Shown: positions 10,933 to 23,699 of the stretch, in pieces | How positions within the stretch are numbered: position 1 is the first letter of the stretch | How the letters are laid out: each line of letters starts with the position of its first letter | Assembly (NCBI RefSeq): GCF_018350175.1 | Contig: NC_058373.1 | Coordinates: 112,284,001-112,348,000 of the forward strand | DNA from: Felis catus | Lineage: Eukaryota | DNA: 64,000 bases | Reading direction: 5' to 3' | Notes under the pieces: model-generated | The model's database searches: none | What the model was told of the DNA's origin: nothing | What the model saw: only the letters and a program-made list of their open reading frames with translations | Position numbers and translations under genes: made by a program

Positions 10933-13900
10933 ATGGCAATAAATTTATATTTTTCAGTACTCTCTCTAAACATCAGTGGACTCAATGCTCCAATCAAAAG
11001 ACATAGGGTAACAGAATAGATAAGAACAAGATCAATCTATATGCTGTTTACAAGAGACCCACTTTAGACCTAAAGGCACCTTCAGATTTAAAGTAAGGGG
11101 ATGGAGAACCATTTGTCATACTAATGGTCGACAAAAGAAAGCTGGGGTAGCCATACTTATGTCAGACAATCTAGACTTTAAAATAAAGACTGTATCAAGA
11201 GAAGAAAAATAGCATTATATCATAAAGTGTCTTTCCACCAAGAAGACTTAACAATTGTAAACATTTATGTGCCTAATGTAAAAGCAACCAAATATATAAA
11301 TCAATTAATTACAAACATAAGGAAACTCATTGATAATAATACCTTAAGAGTAGGGGACTTCACATCCCACTTACAACAATGAATAGATCATCGAAACAGA
11401 AAACCAACAAGGAAACAATGGCTTTGAATGACACACTGGACCGGATGGACTTAACAGATATATTCAGAACATTTCATCCTAAAGCAGCAGAATACACATT
11501 CTTCTCCAGCACACATGGAATGTTTCTAGAACAGATCACATACTGGGACACAAAAAAGCCCTCAACATGTACAAAAAGATCGAGATCATACCATGCATAT
11601 TTTCAGACCACAACGCTACGAAACTCGAAATCAACCACAAGAAAAAATGTGGGAAGATAACAAATACCTGGAGACTAAAGAACATCTTACCAAATAATGA
11701 ATGGGCTAACCAAGAAGTTAAAGAGGAAATTGAAAAGTACATGGAAGCCAATGAAAATGGTAACAATACAACACAAAACCTCTGGGATGCAGCAAAGGCG
11801 ATCACAAGAGGGAAGTATATAGCAATCCAGGCCTTCCTAAAGAAAGAAGAAAGGTCTCAGATACACAACATAATCTTACACCTAAGAAAGCTGGAAAAAG
11901 AACAGCAAATAAAACCCAAAAACAGCAGAAGCCTGGAAATAATAAAGATTAGAGTAGAAATCAATGCTATCAAAACAAACAAACAAACAAACAAAAAAAC
12001 ATCCCCAAACAAACAAACAAACAAGAACAAAAACAAAAGAACAGATCAGTGAAACCAGAAGCTGGTTCTTTGAAAGAATTAACAAAATTGATAAACCACT
12101 AGCCAGTTTGATCAAAAAGGAAAAAGGAAAGAACCCAAATAAATAAAATCAAGAATGAAAGAGGAGAGATCACAACCAACACAGCAGAAATACAAACAAT
12201 AATAAGAGAATATTATGAACAATTATACGCCAATAAAATGGGCAATATGGAAGAAATAGACAAATTCCTAGAAACATATACACTATCAAAAACTGAAATA
12301 GGAAGACATACAAAATTTGAACAGACCCATAACCAGTAAAGAACTCAAATTAGTAGTCAAAAATCTCCCAAAAAAACAAGAGTCCAGGGCCAGATGACTT
12401 TCCAGGGGAATTCTACCAAACATTTAAGGAAGAGTTAACACCTATTCTCTTGAAGTTGTTACAAAAAATAGAAATGGAAGGAAAACTTCCAAACTCTTTC
12501 TCTGAAGCCAGCATTACCTTGATTCCAAAACCAGACAAAAACCCCACTAAAAAAGGAGAACTATAGATAGACCAATTTCCCTGATGAACATGGATGCGAA
12601 AACCCTCAACAATATATTAGCCAAACGGATCCAACAATACATTTAAAAAAAATTATTCACCACGACCAAGTGGGATTTATACCTGGGATGCAGGGCTGGT
12701 TCAATATCCGCAAGACAATTAACATGATTCATCACATCAATAAAAGAAAGGACAAGAACCATATGATCCTCTCAATAGATGCAGAGAAAGCATTTGACAA
12801 AATACAGCATCCTTTCTTGATAAAAACCCTCAAGAAAGTAGGGACAGAAGGATCATACCTTGAGATCATAAAAGCCATATATGAAAGACCCAAGGCTAAT
12901 ACCCTCAATGGGGAAAAATTGAGAGCTTTCCCCCTAAGGTCAGGAACAAGACAGGAATGTCCACTCTCACCACTGTTATTTGACATCGTATCGGAAGTAG
13001 CCTCAGCAATCACACAATACAAAGAAATAAAAGGCATCCAAATTAGCAAGGAGGTCAAACTTTCACTCGTTGCAGATGACATGATACTCTATATGGAAAA
13101 CCGAAAAGATTCCACCAAAAAACTGCTAGAACTGATCCATGAATTCAGCAAAGTTGCAGGATATAAAATCAATGCACAGAAATTGGTTGCATTCCTATAC
13201 ACCAACAATGAAGCAACAGAAAGAGAAATCAAGGAATCAATTTCATTTACAATTGCAACAAAAACCATAAAATACCTAGGAATAAATCTAACCAAAGAGG
13301 TGAAAAATCTATACACTGAAAACTATAGAAAGCTTATGAAAGAAACTGAAGAGGACACAAAAAAATGGAAAAAGATTCCGTGGCCCTGGATAGGAAGAAC
13401 AAATATTGTTAAAATGTCAATACTACCCAAAGCAATCTACATATTCAATGTAATACCTATCAAATAACACCATCATTCTCCACAGAACTAGAACAAACAA
13501 TCCTAAAATTTGTATGGAACCAGAAAAGACCTTGAATAGCCAGCGCAATCTTGAAAAAGAAAACCAAAGCTGGAAGCATCATAATCCCACACTTCAAGCT
13601 GTATTACAAAGCTGTAATCATTAAGAGAGTATGGTACTGGCACAGGAACAGACAGATCAATGGAACAGAATAGAGAACCCAGAAATGGACCCACAAACAT
13701 ATGGCCAACTAATCTTTGACAAAGCAGGAAAGAATGTCCTATGGAATAAAGACAGTCTCTTCAGCAAGTGGTGCTGGGAAAACTGGATAGTGACATGCAG
13801 GAGAATGAACCCGGACAACTTTCTTATACCATACAAAAAAATAAACTCAAAATGGATGAAAGACCTAAATGTAAGACAGGAAGCCATCAAAATCCTTGAA

Positions 13901-14634
13901 GAGAAAGCAGGCAAAAACCTCTTTGATCTTGGCCGCAGCAACTTCTTACTCAACACATCTCCAGAGGCAAGGGAAACAAAAGCAAAAATGAACTACTGGG
14001 ACCTCATCAAAATAAAAAGTATCTGCATAACGAAGGAAACAATCAGCAAAACTAAAAGGCAACCGACAGAATGGGAAAAGATATTTGCAAATGACATATC
14101 AGATAAAGGGTTAGTATCCAAAATGTATAAAGAACTTATGAAACTCAACACCCAAAAAACAAATAATCCAGTGAAGAAATGGGCAAAAGAAATGAATAGA
14201 CACTTCTTCAAAGAAGACATCTAGATGGACGAAAGACACATGAAAAAATGCTCAACATCACTCATCATCAGGGAAAAACAAATGAAAACCACAATGAGAT
14301 ACCACCTCACACCTGTCAGGATGGCTAACATTAACAATTCAGGCAACAATAGATGTTGGCAAGGATGCGGAGAAAGAGGATCTCTTTTGCACCACTGGTG
14401 GGAATGCAAACTGGTGCAGCCACTCTGGAAAACAGTATGGAGGTTCCTCAAAAAATTAAAAATAGAACTACTCTATGATCCAGCAATTGCACAAGTAGGT
14501 ATTTATCCAAGGGATACAAGTATGGTGTTTTGAAGGGGCACATGCACCCCCATGTTTATAGCCGCACTATCAACAATAGCCAAAGTATGGAAAGAGCCCA
14601 AATGTCCATCGATGGATGAATGGATAAAGATGTA

Positions 14635-14687
<53 letters not shown>

Positions 14688-14830
14688 AATATATGTATAT
14701 ACACACACACACATACACAATGGAGTATTACTCGGCAATCAAAAAGAAAGAAATCTTGCCATTTGCAACTACATGGATGGAACTAGAGAGTATTATGCTA
14801 AGCGAAATTAGTCAGAGAAAGACAAATATC
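10933..14830 (+). pseudogene. L1 ORF2p remnant (endonuclease, reverse transcriptase, Cys-rich domain)
   Basis: SDHN endonuclease motif, [35 protein letters not shown] motif; split over at least 5 ORFs by frameshifts and stops. Confidence 0.95.
14636..14718. repeat. (TA)n/(CA)n compound microsatellite within the L1
   Basis: Direct reading of the sequence. Confidence 0.97.
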
Positions 14831-15127
14831 CTATGACTTCACTCATATGAGGATTTTAAGACGAAGAACAGATGAACTCAAGGGAAGGGAAGCAAAAATA
14901 ATATAAAAATAGGGAGGGGGACAAAACAAGAGACTCTTAAATATGGAGAACACACAGAGTGCTATTGGAGGGATTATGGGAGGAGGGGATAGGCTAAGTG
15001 GATGAGGGGCATTAAGGAATCTACTCCTGAAATCATTGTTGCACTATATGCTAACTAACTTGGATGTACATTTAAAAAATAAATTTAAAATAAATTTAAT
15101 ATTAATATTAAAAAAACCCAATTCACT

Positions 15128-15200
15128 GGACCCCTCCGTTAGACAATTAAGTCATGATCTTTCAAAGATAGGACAAGAGCATCTGTATTTTTTTTAATTG

Positions 15201-15232
<32 letters not shown>

Positions 15233-15416
15233 ATATGAAATTTATTGTCAAATTGGTTTCCATACAACACCCAGTGCTCATCCCAACAGGTGCCCCCTCA
15301 ATGCCCATACCCACCCTCCCCTCCCTCCCACCCCCCACCCCCCACCCCCAGAGCATCTGTATTTTTTAAAAGTTCCTTTGGAAATTCTTATGTGAAACTG
15401 GGTTTGAGAATCACTG
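15128..15416. mobile_element. MER5-type element, right part (interrupted at 15194-15349)
   Basis: gcatctgtattttttaaaagttcc...gggtttgagaatcactg resembles the MER5 right end. Confidence 0.75.
15194..15349 (-). mobile_element. Very short young felid L1 3' terminal insertion
   Basis: Matches the 3' terminus at 57505-57639; perfect 18-bp TSD agagcatctgtatttttt at 15176-15193 and 15350-15367. Confidence 0.93.
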
Positions 15417-15600
15417 TTCCAGGTCTTCTTGCCTTTATCATAACATTTAATGAATTATATTGGAAGTGTTTGTTTCTCCAACTATCTCTCTCTCTCACCA
15501 GATTGTGAACTCTTTGAGGCACAGGACTATGTCTTGTTTATCTTTTCATTTTGACCACCTAACATAGTACCTGAGAGTAGATAGAAGCTCAGATATTGCA
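15417..15600 (+). mobile_element. L2 3' terminus, right part
   Basis: ccagattgtgaactctttgaggcacaggactatgtcttgttt...cctaacatagtacctg resembles the typical L2 end. Confidence 0.75.
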
Positions 15601-15891
15601 TAATGCCTCAGACAGTTAATTGTAAAGTCCCAGGTCTCTTGATACCTTGTCTTGTGTCATTTTGGATCATACTGCTGTCCAAGATCTTCAGATCTTTTGT
15701 TTACTCTAAGTGGCCATTAATTTCCAGAATCCTGTCAATAGGGAGAAAGTTTATTTGTTACAAAACATTTCTTAGTCTGTAGGAATCCCTTGTTATATTC
15801 TGGTATGAGCAAAGTAAGCCGTCCGATTAAAAATTTTCTTTCCCCCAAGGTTAATTTAAATCTGTAAAGGTGTATTTAAAAATGTAATTTT

Positions 15892-16105
15892 GGGAGCACC
15901 TGGGTGGCTCAGTCAGGTAAGCGTCCAACTTTGGCTGAGGTCATGACACATGACTAGATCATGATCTCATGGTTTGTGAATTTGAGCCCTGTTTTCGGGC
16001 TCTGTGCTGACTGTGGGGAGCCTGACTGAGATTTTCTCTCTCACTCTCTCTGCCCCTCTCCCAGTTGCTCTCTCTTTCTTTCAAAATAAGTAAATAAACT
16101 TTTAA
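15892..16105 (+). mobile_element. Can-SINE with small internal duplication
   Basis: SINE head, (CT)n stretch and tail; TSD aaaaatKtaatttt; repeated catga units at 15942-15965. Confidence 0.9.
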
Positions 16106-16144
16106 AAAAATTTAATTTTAGATTTGAAAATGTTTATATGTAAT

Positions 16145-16320
16145 CACAGAATTTGGGTATTAGAAGGAACTTTAAATGAGTATGATGTGCCTTCATTTTA
16201 TAGAAGAGGAAACTGGAGTTCAGCTTTGTTGAAAGAGTGTCCAAAGTCCCACTGTTAATTGGGGATGTTAACAGTTAGGATAGTTACCAGAGCTCAGGTT
16301 TTCTTAGTACCAGTTCATAT
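16145..16320 (-). mobile_element. MIR remnant
   Basis: Core cttcattttatagaagaggaaactggag. Confidence 0.65.
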
Positions 16321-18205
16321 TCCAATCTAATTCATATCTTTCCTCTCTTGACCACATAAATAACAGGTTCGGCAGCCCAGAGATAGTTTCATGTTCTCCC
16401 AACTGAGTAAAATGAATATGTAATCCATATTCTGTTTCAAGAAAGCCACCTCTGTACTTATCTAGTCCTTGTATGCTTCAGCAGTCCTGAGAGACTTTCC
16501 AAGTCAATTGGATTAGACAGAGCAATGAGAGCTAAAGTCAAGAATATAAAATCTGACTGTACACTGACTACTTAAATAAGTAATTTAATTTCAGGGTCTT
16601 AGATTCCCAATTTTAAAATTGGATTAAAAGAGCCCCATTCAAATGTTTTAAAAATCATATGCACATTTTTTGTTTGGCATTCAATAGGTTTAGATGAGTA
16701 TCTGACCTTTCCCCCTTTTTTCTTCATTAACTAAGGCATGAAATAAACTAGTTGCTGGGAAAGATTTATCCCTTCTTACACAATGAATCATTTGCCATCA
16801 CCAAAGTATCAAAACTGTATGTTTACTATCAGTCACACTTACCACCTTTCCTTCAAATCCGCCAAATTTTTCAGTTTCTTCAAAACACAAAACGGAAATA
16901 TCAAAGCCTTTTATCTTACTTTGTAAAACTTCACATTGGACTCTGATTTGCACTTCTATGGCAGTACAAAGTTATCATTTGGGTTGGCTGGATATTTGTG
17001 AGTATCTGCATTTTGATAAATCCAGAATATAGATCTTACCTTTGTAGGTACAAATTTATTTGGTCAACTTTCCCAACAGATCAGCAGCTCATCCAAACTC
17101 CTCAAACTCCCAAGAGAATCACTGATAAATGGAATCAATTTAAATTACAATGATGGCTATACCTTCCAAGGTGGTTGGAATATGCCTATATTTAGGGCAT
17201 TCCCATTTAAGAATTAAGTTATTAGGGAAACTGAATTAGCAATCAGAAAGTATTGATGGAATTGAAACATTATTACAGTTTTATGTACACTCATAATATT
17301 TCAGTTATGTTTCTCTGAGAATAAAACCTCTGACTCTTGACTGTACTTGGGAGATACTTCTCAGTTTTAACCTCAGCTGGGGAAAACTTTGTCCTGTTAG
17401 TAATACATTTACAAACCATAATGTTGGATAGTACTATTTTTGTAGCTTATTTATTTTACCTTGACTTTTGAACTATTCAGGGAATATTTGCTAACATTTC
17501 ACTTCCAAAAGTTGCCTTTTTGCAATGACCACAAAGTGATTAGAAATGCTTGTTACACTTCTTTCCTAAATGAAATAAGGCCAACAACAGGATGATACTT
17601 TCGTCTTTAGTCTAGAATTGCAATCATCAAAAGGACATGTGGCAGTATGCAAGCATATTGCCTTACACTTTTAGATCCAGGTAGAAAATCCAGCTTTAGT
17701 ATGGTCTATGGTCACTTGACTATGGTCACCTTGTCTTCTTTCATAGGCAGAGGTTTCTGAAATCTGTCACATGCCAAGGCAAATTTCTAACAGCCCCTCT
17801 GGCACATTGGGAGGGGCTTGTATTGTTCACAGTTCAAAGTCTCTATTACTTCATATGTTCTGTATTTAATCATCAAATATTAGGAGTTGTAAAAGAACAA
17901 GTTTCTATGTTGGAAAAGGATACTTGCTCTGTAACCAATCAATCCCACAGCAGGAGAGCCACAGAAAGATAAATGTGAAATGTAATTACTATATGGTAAA
18001 AATGAGTGGTCATCAGCTCTACTTCCTTCACATATTCACTTATGCTTTATAACATTTCAAACTTTAAGAATCATTTTAAGCCAAAACACTGTTTAAATAT
18101 TCCTATATATCACATTTCCTCCAATTATTAGTCAATCTAGGATAGAATGAGGTTATTTAGGCTAACAAAATAATTTTCTTTCTTTTTAAAAATAAATTTC
18201 TTATT

Positions 18206-18635
18206 AAATGTGGTATATATATATATATATACAATAGAGTATTACTCATAAATCAAAAAGAATGAAATCTTGCCACTTGCAACTACGTGGATGGAACTGG
18301 AGGGTATTATGCTAAGTGAGATTAGTCAGTCAGAGAAAGACAAAAATCATATGACTTCACTCATATGAGGACTTTAAGAGACAAAACAGATGAACATAAG
18401 GGAAGGGAAACAAAAATAATATAAAAACAGGGAGGGGGACAAAACAAAAGAGACTCATAAATATGGAGAACAAACTGAGGGTTGTGGAGGGGATGTTGGA
18501 GGGGGGGATGGGCTAAATGGGTAAGGGGCATTAAGGAATCTACTGAAATCATTGCCTCACTATATGCTAATTAATTTGGATGTAAATTTTAAAAAATAAA
18601 AAATAAAGTTAAATCACAAAGTTAAAAATAATAAT
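18206..18635 (+). mobile_element. 5'-truncated L1 3' end, same family as the 7.2-kb element
   Basis: Collinear with 14630-15080; TSD aataaWtttcttatt at 18191-18205 and 18636-18650. Confidence 0.93.
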
Positions 18636-19468
18636 AATAATTTTCTTATTGTATATTGCTTTTATAGAGACAAATATATTTACCTAGGATAGCTGGGCTT
18701 TAAGCTAAGTTTGATATCATGGAAACCAATTAATAATAATAATTTAGGAAAAGCATGATGTTTTTCATTTTTTTAAAAGTATAAAACTTAAACTCAAACC
18801 ATGTCAGTTTTCAAGCTTCAGACTATTTTTTCTTGGCTTGTGTATACTGAATCCTAAAACCTGAAGGCCTTATAGACAGAGTGCTTTTGAGAAATCAAGT
18901 AGTTTCTAGGAACCTAATGTTACTTTTTGATTTAACAATCTCTCTTTCCTTTCTCTTACCTGATAATTCCTTATTCTTCTTCTAGCAAATACTGTCCTCC
19001 TCTTCTATGGTCTACCCTTTATTTGAATTAAGGAAGGAGAAAAACCAGTGTTTTCTTTAGAAATCTGACTTTTCCCCTCCTTGTTTTCTTCTTTTATAGA
19101 TAAGCAGACATAAATAAGTGATAATTGTGCATAAGTTGTCGTGACATACCAGGAAAAGCTTCTCTATCTTCTGAATGATAACAGGAGATAATGTGGGTGG
19201 TATTAAACATACAAATTAGTGTCCTCAGAAAAGAATAAAATCTGTAGTAATGGTGGAGAGAGATAGGAGTCTGTAAGAAAAGTTGAACTGTGAACCTATC
19301 GAGGCACTAGCCTTACCTATGGTACCTTGATCTCCCCTCCCTTGGTCTTAGCCATTTGGTAGGGGTCAGCTGATCCTCATCCTCTGGGTGAGAACATAAC
19401 TGAGGCCTAACCAATCGGGTTAACTTGCCTTAGTGTAAGTACTTTGGGGGTGGGGATATGACCTAGTT

Positions 19469-19810
19469 CTATGGTTCTCAAGATTTTTGGTTTCAGGACC
19501 CCTTTACACCCTTAAAAATTATTGAGGACTCCAAAGAACTTTTAAGTAGGTTACATGTATAAATATTTACCATATTAAAATAATTTTTAAATATAGAAGT
19601 ATACAAACACATTTCATTAGCTGTCAGGGTGATGATATCATTGCATATCATGTAGCCTCTGGAAAAAATTCCACTGTATCTAAAGAGAAAATGAGATTGG
19701 AAAGACAAATAATGCCTTGGTATTAAGTATGAAAATCTTTTTGACCTTAAAGACCCTCCAAAAGGGTCCTGGGTTCTCCAGGTGTCCCCAGACAAACTTG
19801 ATAACTACCG
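19469..19810. mobile_element. Non-autonomous hAT-Charlie (Charlie1-like) element
   Basis: Ends ctatggttctcaa...ttgataactaccg; tcaggacccctttacacccttaaaaattattgagg matches the recalled Charlie1 end; degenerate 8-bp flanks acctagtt/atctaaat. Confidence 0.75.
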
Positions 19811-20371
19811 ATCTAAATTATTGCTTACAAAAGACAATACCAATTTTGCCACTATGTAGGAAGAACCAATATGAGAAGTAAGTCAACAAAGGAGAAAGCA
19901 TACCTGAAAGATGGCATTTTTATGACATGGTTTCAGATTCTGAATCTAGCCAACCCTGAAGCTATATACATGTATGGAATTCATAACTGCATGAGCCTTT
20001 TGACTTAAACTAGGATCAGTCACTTGTAGCCAAAATGTTCTTATACATTTGGAGTAAGAAAAATATGAAGGACCTAGGCACAAAAGTATTCAAGCAGAAA
20101 TCTGGGCAGCAGAAATACACTATCAAAAGCCCAAGGAAAAGTTTGAATTTGTTTTTATAAACATGGCAGACATTGGAAAACAGTGTCCTAATTGTTCTTG
20201 AATAAGCGCCATCAAACTCCATGGACACAGTTGTCCATGGACATAACAAATGGCTCAGCTTCACTTCACTAAAAAATAATAAAGGCATCAAAAAAAGCAA
20301 AATGTCAATTTCATTAGTAGGAGTGTATAAACTTATCTCACCTGACTTTGGAAAATTCTAACTAGAATTTT

Positions 20372-21057
20372 TGTACTGGGTTGAATAGTTTCCCCCCAAT
20401 TTCACATCCACCCAGAATCTCACAATGTGACCTATTTGGAAATAGGGTCTTTGCAGATGTAATTTGTTAAGTTGGGGTCATACTGGATGATAGTGGGCCC
20501 TAAATCCAATGACTGATATCCTTACAATAAGGGCAAGTGAAAATACATATTGGCAAGAAAGCCATGGTGGCAAAGACTGGAATGATGCAGCTACAAGCCA
20601 AGGAATGCCAAGGACTGCCAGAAACCACTAGAAGCTAGAAAGAGGTAGGGAAGAATTCTTGTTTTTAAATAGTATTTATTTATTTTTGAAAGAGAGAATG
20701 AGCAGATGAGGGTCAGAGAGAGAGAGGGACACAGGATCTCAAGTGGGCTCTGTGCTGACAGCAGAGAAGCCCGATGTGGGGCTCGAACTCACGAATTGTG
20801 AGATCACCACCTGAGCCGAAGTCACTCAACTGACTGAGGCACCCAGGCGCCCCCCTTTTTTTGTTACAGAAGCATATTTATTGATATGGAAAGATAATCA
20901 CACTATACAGCTAGAGAAAAATCAATCAGGAGAGAGAATGGCTTTGCTTTGATTTTAACTTCTGGGCTCCAGAACTTTAAGAAAATAAATTTCTATTGTT
21001 TTAAGCCATCCAGTTCATGGTACTTAGTTATGACATCCTAACTTAGGAACTAATACA
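20372..21057 (+). mobile_element. MaLR solo LTR (MLT1B/C-like), interrupted
   Basis: TG...CA ends; aatgtgacctatttggaaatagggtctttgcagatgtaatt; aataaatttctattgttttaagcc; ends ggaactaataca. Confidence 0.88.
20661..20853 (-). mobile_element. Can-SINE inside the MLT1 LTR
   Basis: Reverse-complement SINE head and (AG)n stretch. Confidence 0.9.
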
Positions 21058-21274
21058 CTGCCTAACTCAGCCCGTCTAAAATTCATCTTGACTATAATCA
21101 AGCATCCTTTGGGGAAAATAATAGGTTAAAATCAACCAGTTTCACCTTGTACCAATTTTTGTTGTTGCTGTGCTAAATACACATAACAAAATTTACTATT
21201 TTAATCATTCTAAAATGTGCAATTCAATGGCATTAAAAAAATTCAATTATGTTGCACCCATTTTTAATTGACTG

Positions 21275-21488
21275 GTTTTTTTTAAATGTTTATTTATTTT
21301 TGACAGAGACAGAGACAGAACGCGAGTGGGTTAGGGGCAGAAAGAGAAGGGAGACACAGAAGCAGAAGCAGGCTCCAGGCTCCGAGCTGTCAGCACAGAA
21401 CCTGACATGGGGCTCGAACCCACGAGCTGCGAGATCATGACCTGAGCCGAAATCGGACGCTCAACCGACTGAGCCACCCAGGTGCCCC
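21275..21488 (-). mobile_element. Can-SINE
   Basis: TSD taattgactg at 21265-21274 and 21489-21498. Confidence 0.93.
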
Positions 21489-22136
21489 TAATTGACTGTT
21501 TTAATTGTGGTGATTAGCCTATCAGGAAAGAGGGCAAGAATCAAATAAGTCTTACAGGGAGAATAATCCATTGCCAAATTTGTTCTTTCTCACATCTAAC
21601 ATCAATGAGGAGAGTCTGACCCCAGAAAAGCCAGTAAGCTTTTGCCTTATACTGAAATTCTAATTAACTATAGGAAATCTCAAGTACCAGGAGGGCTAAG
21701 TGTAAACACACTTTAAGTGTTACACTAAATGGAAACACAACTTTTATTCATTTAGTAACTCATTTGTCTTTCATCTTCAAAATGAAAATCATTATGAAAG
21801 TCAGATGCTTATCTTTCGTTAATTTTTAGTAAATGTAAACCCCTGTTGTTTTCATTACTAAAACCTTAATAGAGACAGTGAATCCTTGGGACCTTCTAAT
21901 TCTTTAGATACAAACTTTTTTTCACTTTTTGTTTCCCCTTTCCCCTCAGTATATTCCTGAGACATCTGTCAAAATTTGGAAATGCTACTCTCTTCTTACC
22001 AGAAAAATTTTTTGTTATAACGCTTGTTTCCAGGGTGAACTTTGAAGAAATGCCATACTATACAGCAAGAGTAAAAAAGCATGTGCATACTGCAATATTC
22101 ATTCAATAAGCAGCAGTAAAAGAAAAGTCACATTAG

Positions 22137-22558
22137 GGACACCTGAGTAAGGATGTCTGTCAGTTAAGCCTCGGACCTTGACTCAAGACAAGATCTCGCG
22201 GTTCACGGGTTCAAGACCTGTGTCGGGCTCTGTGCTCACAGCTGGGACCCTGAAGCCTGCTTTGGATTCTATGTCTCCCTTCCTCTCTGTCCCCTCCCCT
22301 GCTTGCGCTCTGCCTCTCTCTCAAAAATAAACATTGCAGGGTGCCCCAGTGGCTCAGTCGGTAGAGCATCTGACTTCGGCTCAGGTCATGAACAGATGGT
22401 TTGTGGGTCGGAGCCCTGTGTTGGGCTCTGTGCTGACAGCTCAGAACCTGGAGTCTGCTTTGGATTCTCTCTCCCTCTCTCTCTGCCCCTCCTCCGCTTA
22501 CACTCTGCCTCTCTCTCTCTTTCTCTCAAAAATAAATAAAGATAAAAAAAACATTAAA
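22137..22558 (+). mobile_element. Head-to-tail Can-SINE pair (22137-22335 and 22339-22558)
   Basis: Two SINE bodies inside one 14-bp TSD aaaagtcacattag at 22123-22136 and 22559-22572. Confidence 0.92.
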
Positions 22559-23699
22559 AAAAGTCACATTAGACAGTAAAGTCAGTGAGTTCTTCCTGTG
22601 CAAATTTTGTTACAGTTTGCTAAATTTAGCAGAGATGAATACACTTGAGGAAAATTGTTGGAAGACAAGCACATATTATAGTTGTCCAATTTAGTTCTAT
22701 TAATACTAGTTTTTTCAGCAATTTTAGTAGTTTCAGCAAACAAACCTCCATATATGTTAGGGTTAATTAAATTTTAATGAATTTCACCCTTATTACTTTT
22801 GTAGATACAGGAAGTCCCTTGTTTTCTGTTACTTATTGTGAAAGGAAAATACCAGTTTCTTTCCACAGATAATTATAGAATATTATAAGTTGAGAGGGTG
22901 CTTATTTAATCTGCAACCTTAAAAACCCCAAACTTAGTTTAAGGTCATAGAACCTATTAGTAGGCAGGGTTAGAATTTCTCTAAAAATTCAAGACATTTT
23001 ACAACTATTTCAAATTTGAGGGAGCCGTGGGGAATAAAGATTGCAAAGGCAAAAGATTGCAATATAGACTGCAAAGGCAGCAACGTAACCAACCATTTTC
23101 TTGGAGGTATTTTCACATATATCTCTCTTACTTGAAACTAGTTTAGAATCTGTTGGCCACCAGGCTCTATGGTGATAGATTATTAAAGTGGCTTTATGAT
23201 CTGCCTTCCATTTTTTATCTACCATAAAAAATACTAGCAATGCACATACTCAAAAGAAATTTTACTATTTTATCCCACCTCAGTTTCATCCATCATCTAC
23301 TTTGTATTCCCATTATTTAAAATGAAATACAAAACAATATGAATCTTCAGTTAGAGGATAAGTCCATGTTTCAATGGCACAATAAAAAAACATAACCATC
23401 AAATTAAGATTTTAATTGCGTACAAACGTTTATACATTTTTGACAATTTGCTTTTCATTCTTACGCTCCCCAAGTTTTTTATCATGGCTGAGAACATTAG
23501 GAAAAAAATATGTATTATTTTTTTAATTCCCAAATTGAAAAGGCTAGAAAACAACAAGAAGCCAAGGTGAAATTGCCAAAGGTGATTAATAATACATTTA
23601 TGAAAGGTCCATGAAAATAAGTGACAACAAAAACTATTTTTATGGTAATCTCACATCCTACAAATGATGAAATGAAACTCAATTGTCACGGCCTGGCTT

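Larger units (their letters stand above)
7880..15110 (+). mobile_element. Full-length decayed carnivore LINE-1 (about 7.2 kb)
   Basis: 5' start gggagaggggccaagatgg, GC-richer 5'UTR, ORF1 and ORF2 remnants, 3'UTR and A-rich tail; TSD core ccaattcact at 7869-7878 and 15118-15127. Confidence 0.97.

Noticed and set aside
12670..13467. 265-aa reverse transcriptase ORF as a novel RT or retron-like system
   Set aside because: It is an ordinary fragment of L1 ORF2 in a decayed element with many frameshifts.
19320..20045. Possible old LTR flanking the Charlie element
   Set aside because: Motifs are suggestive but too diverged to assign a family or boundaries by eye.
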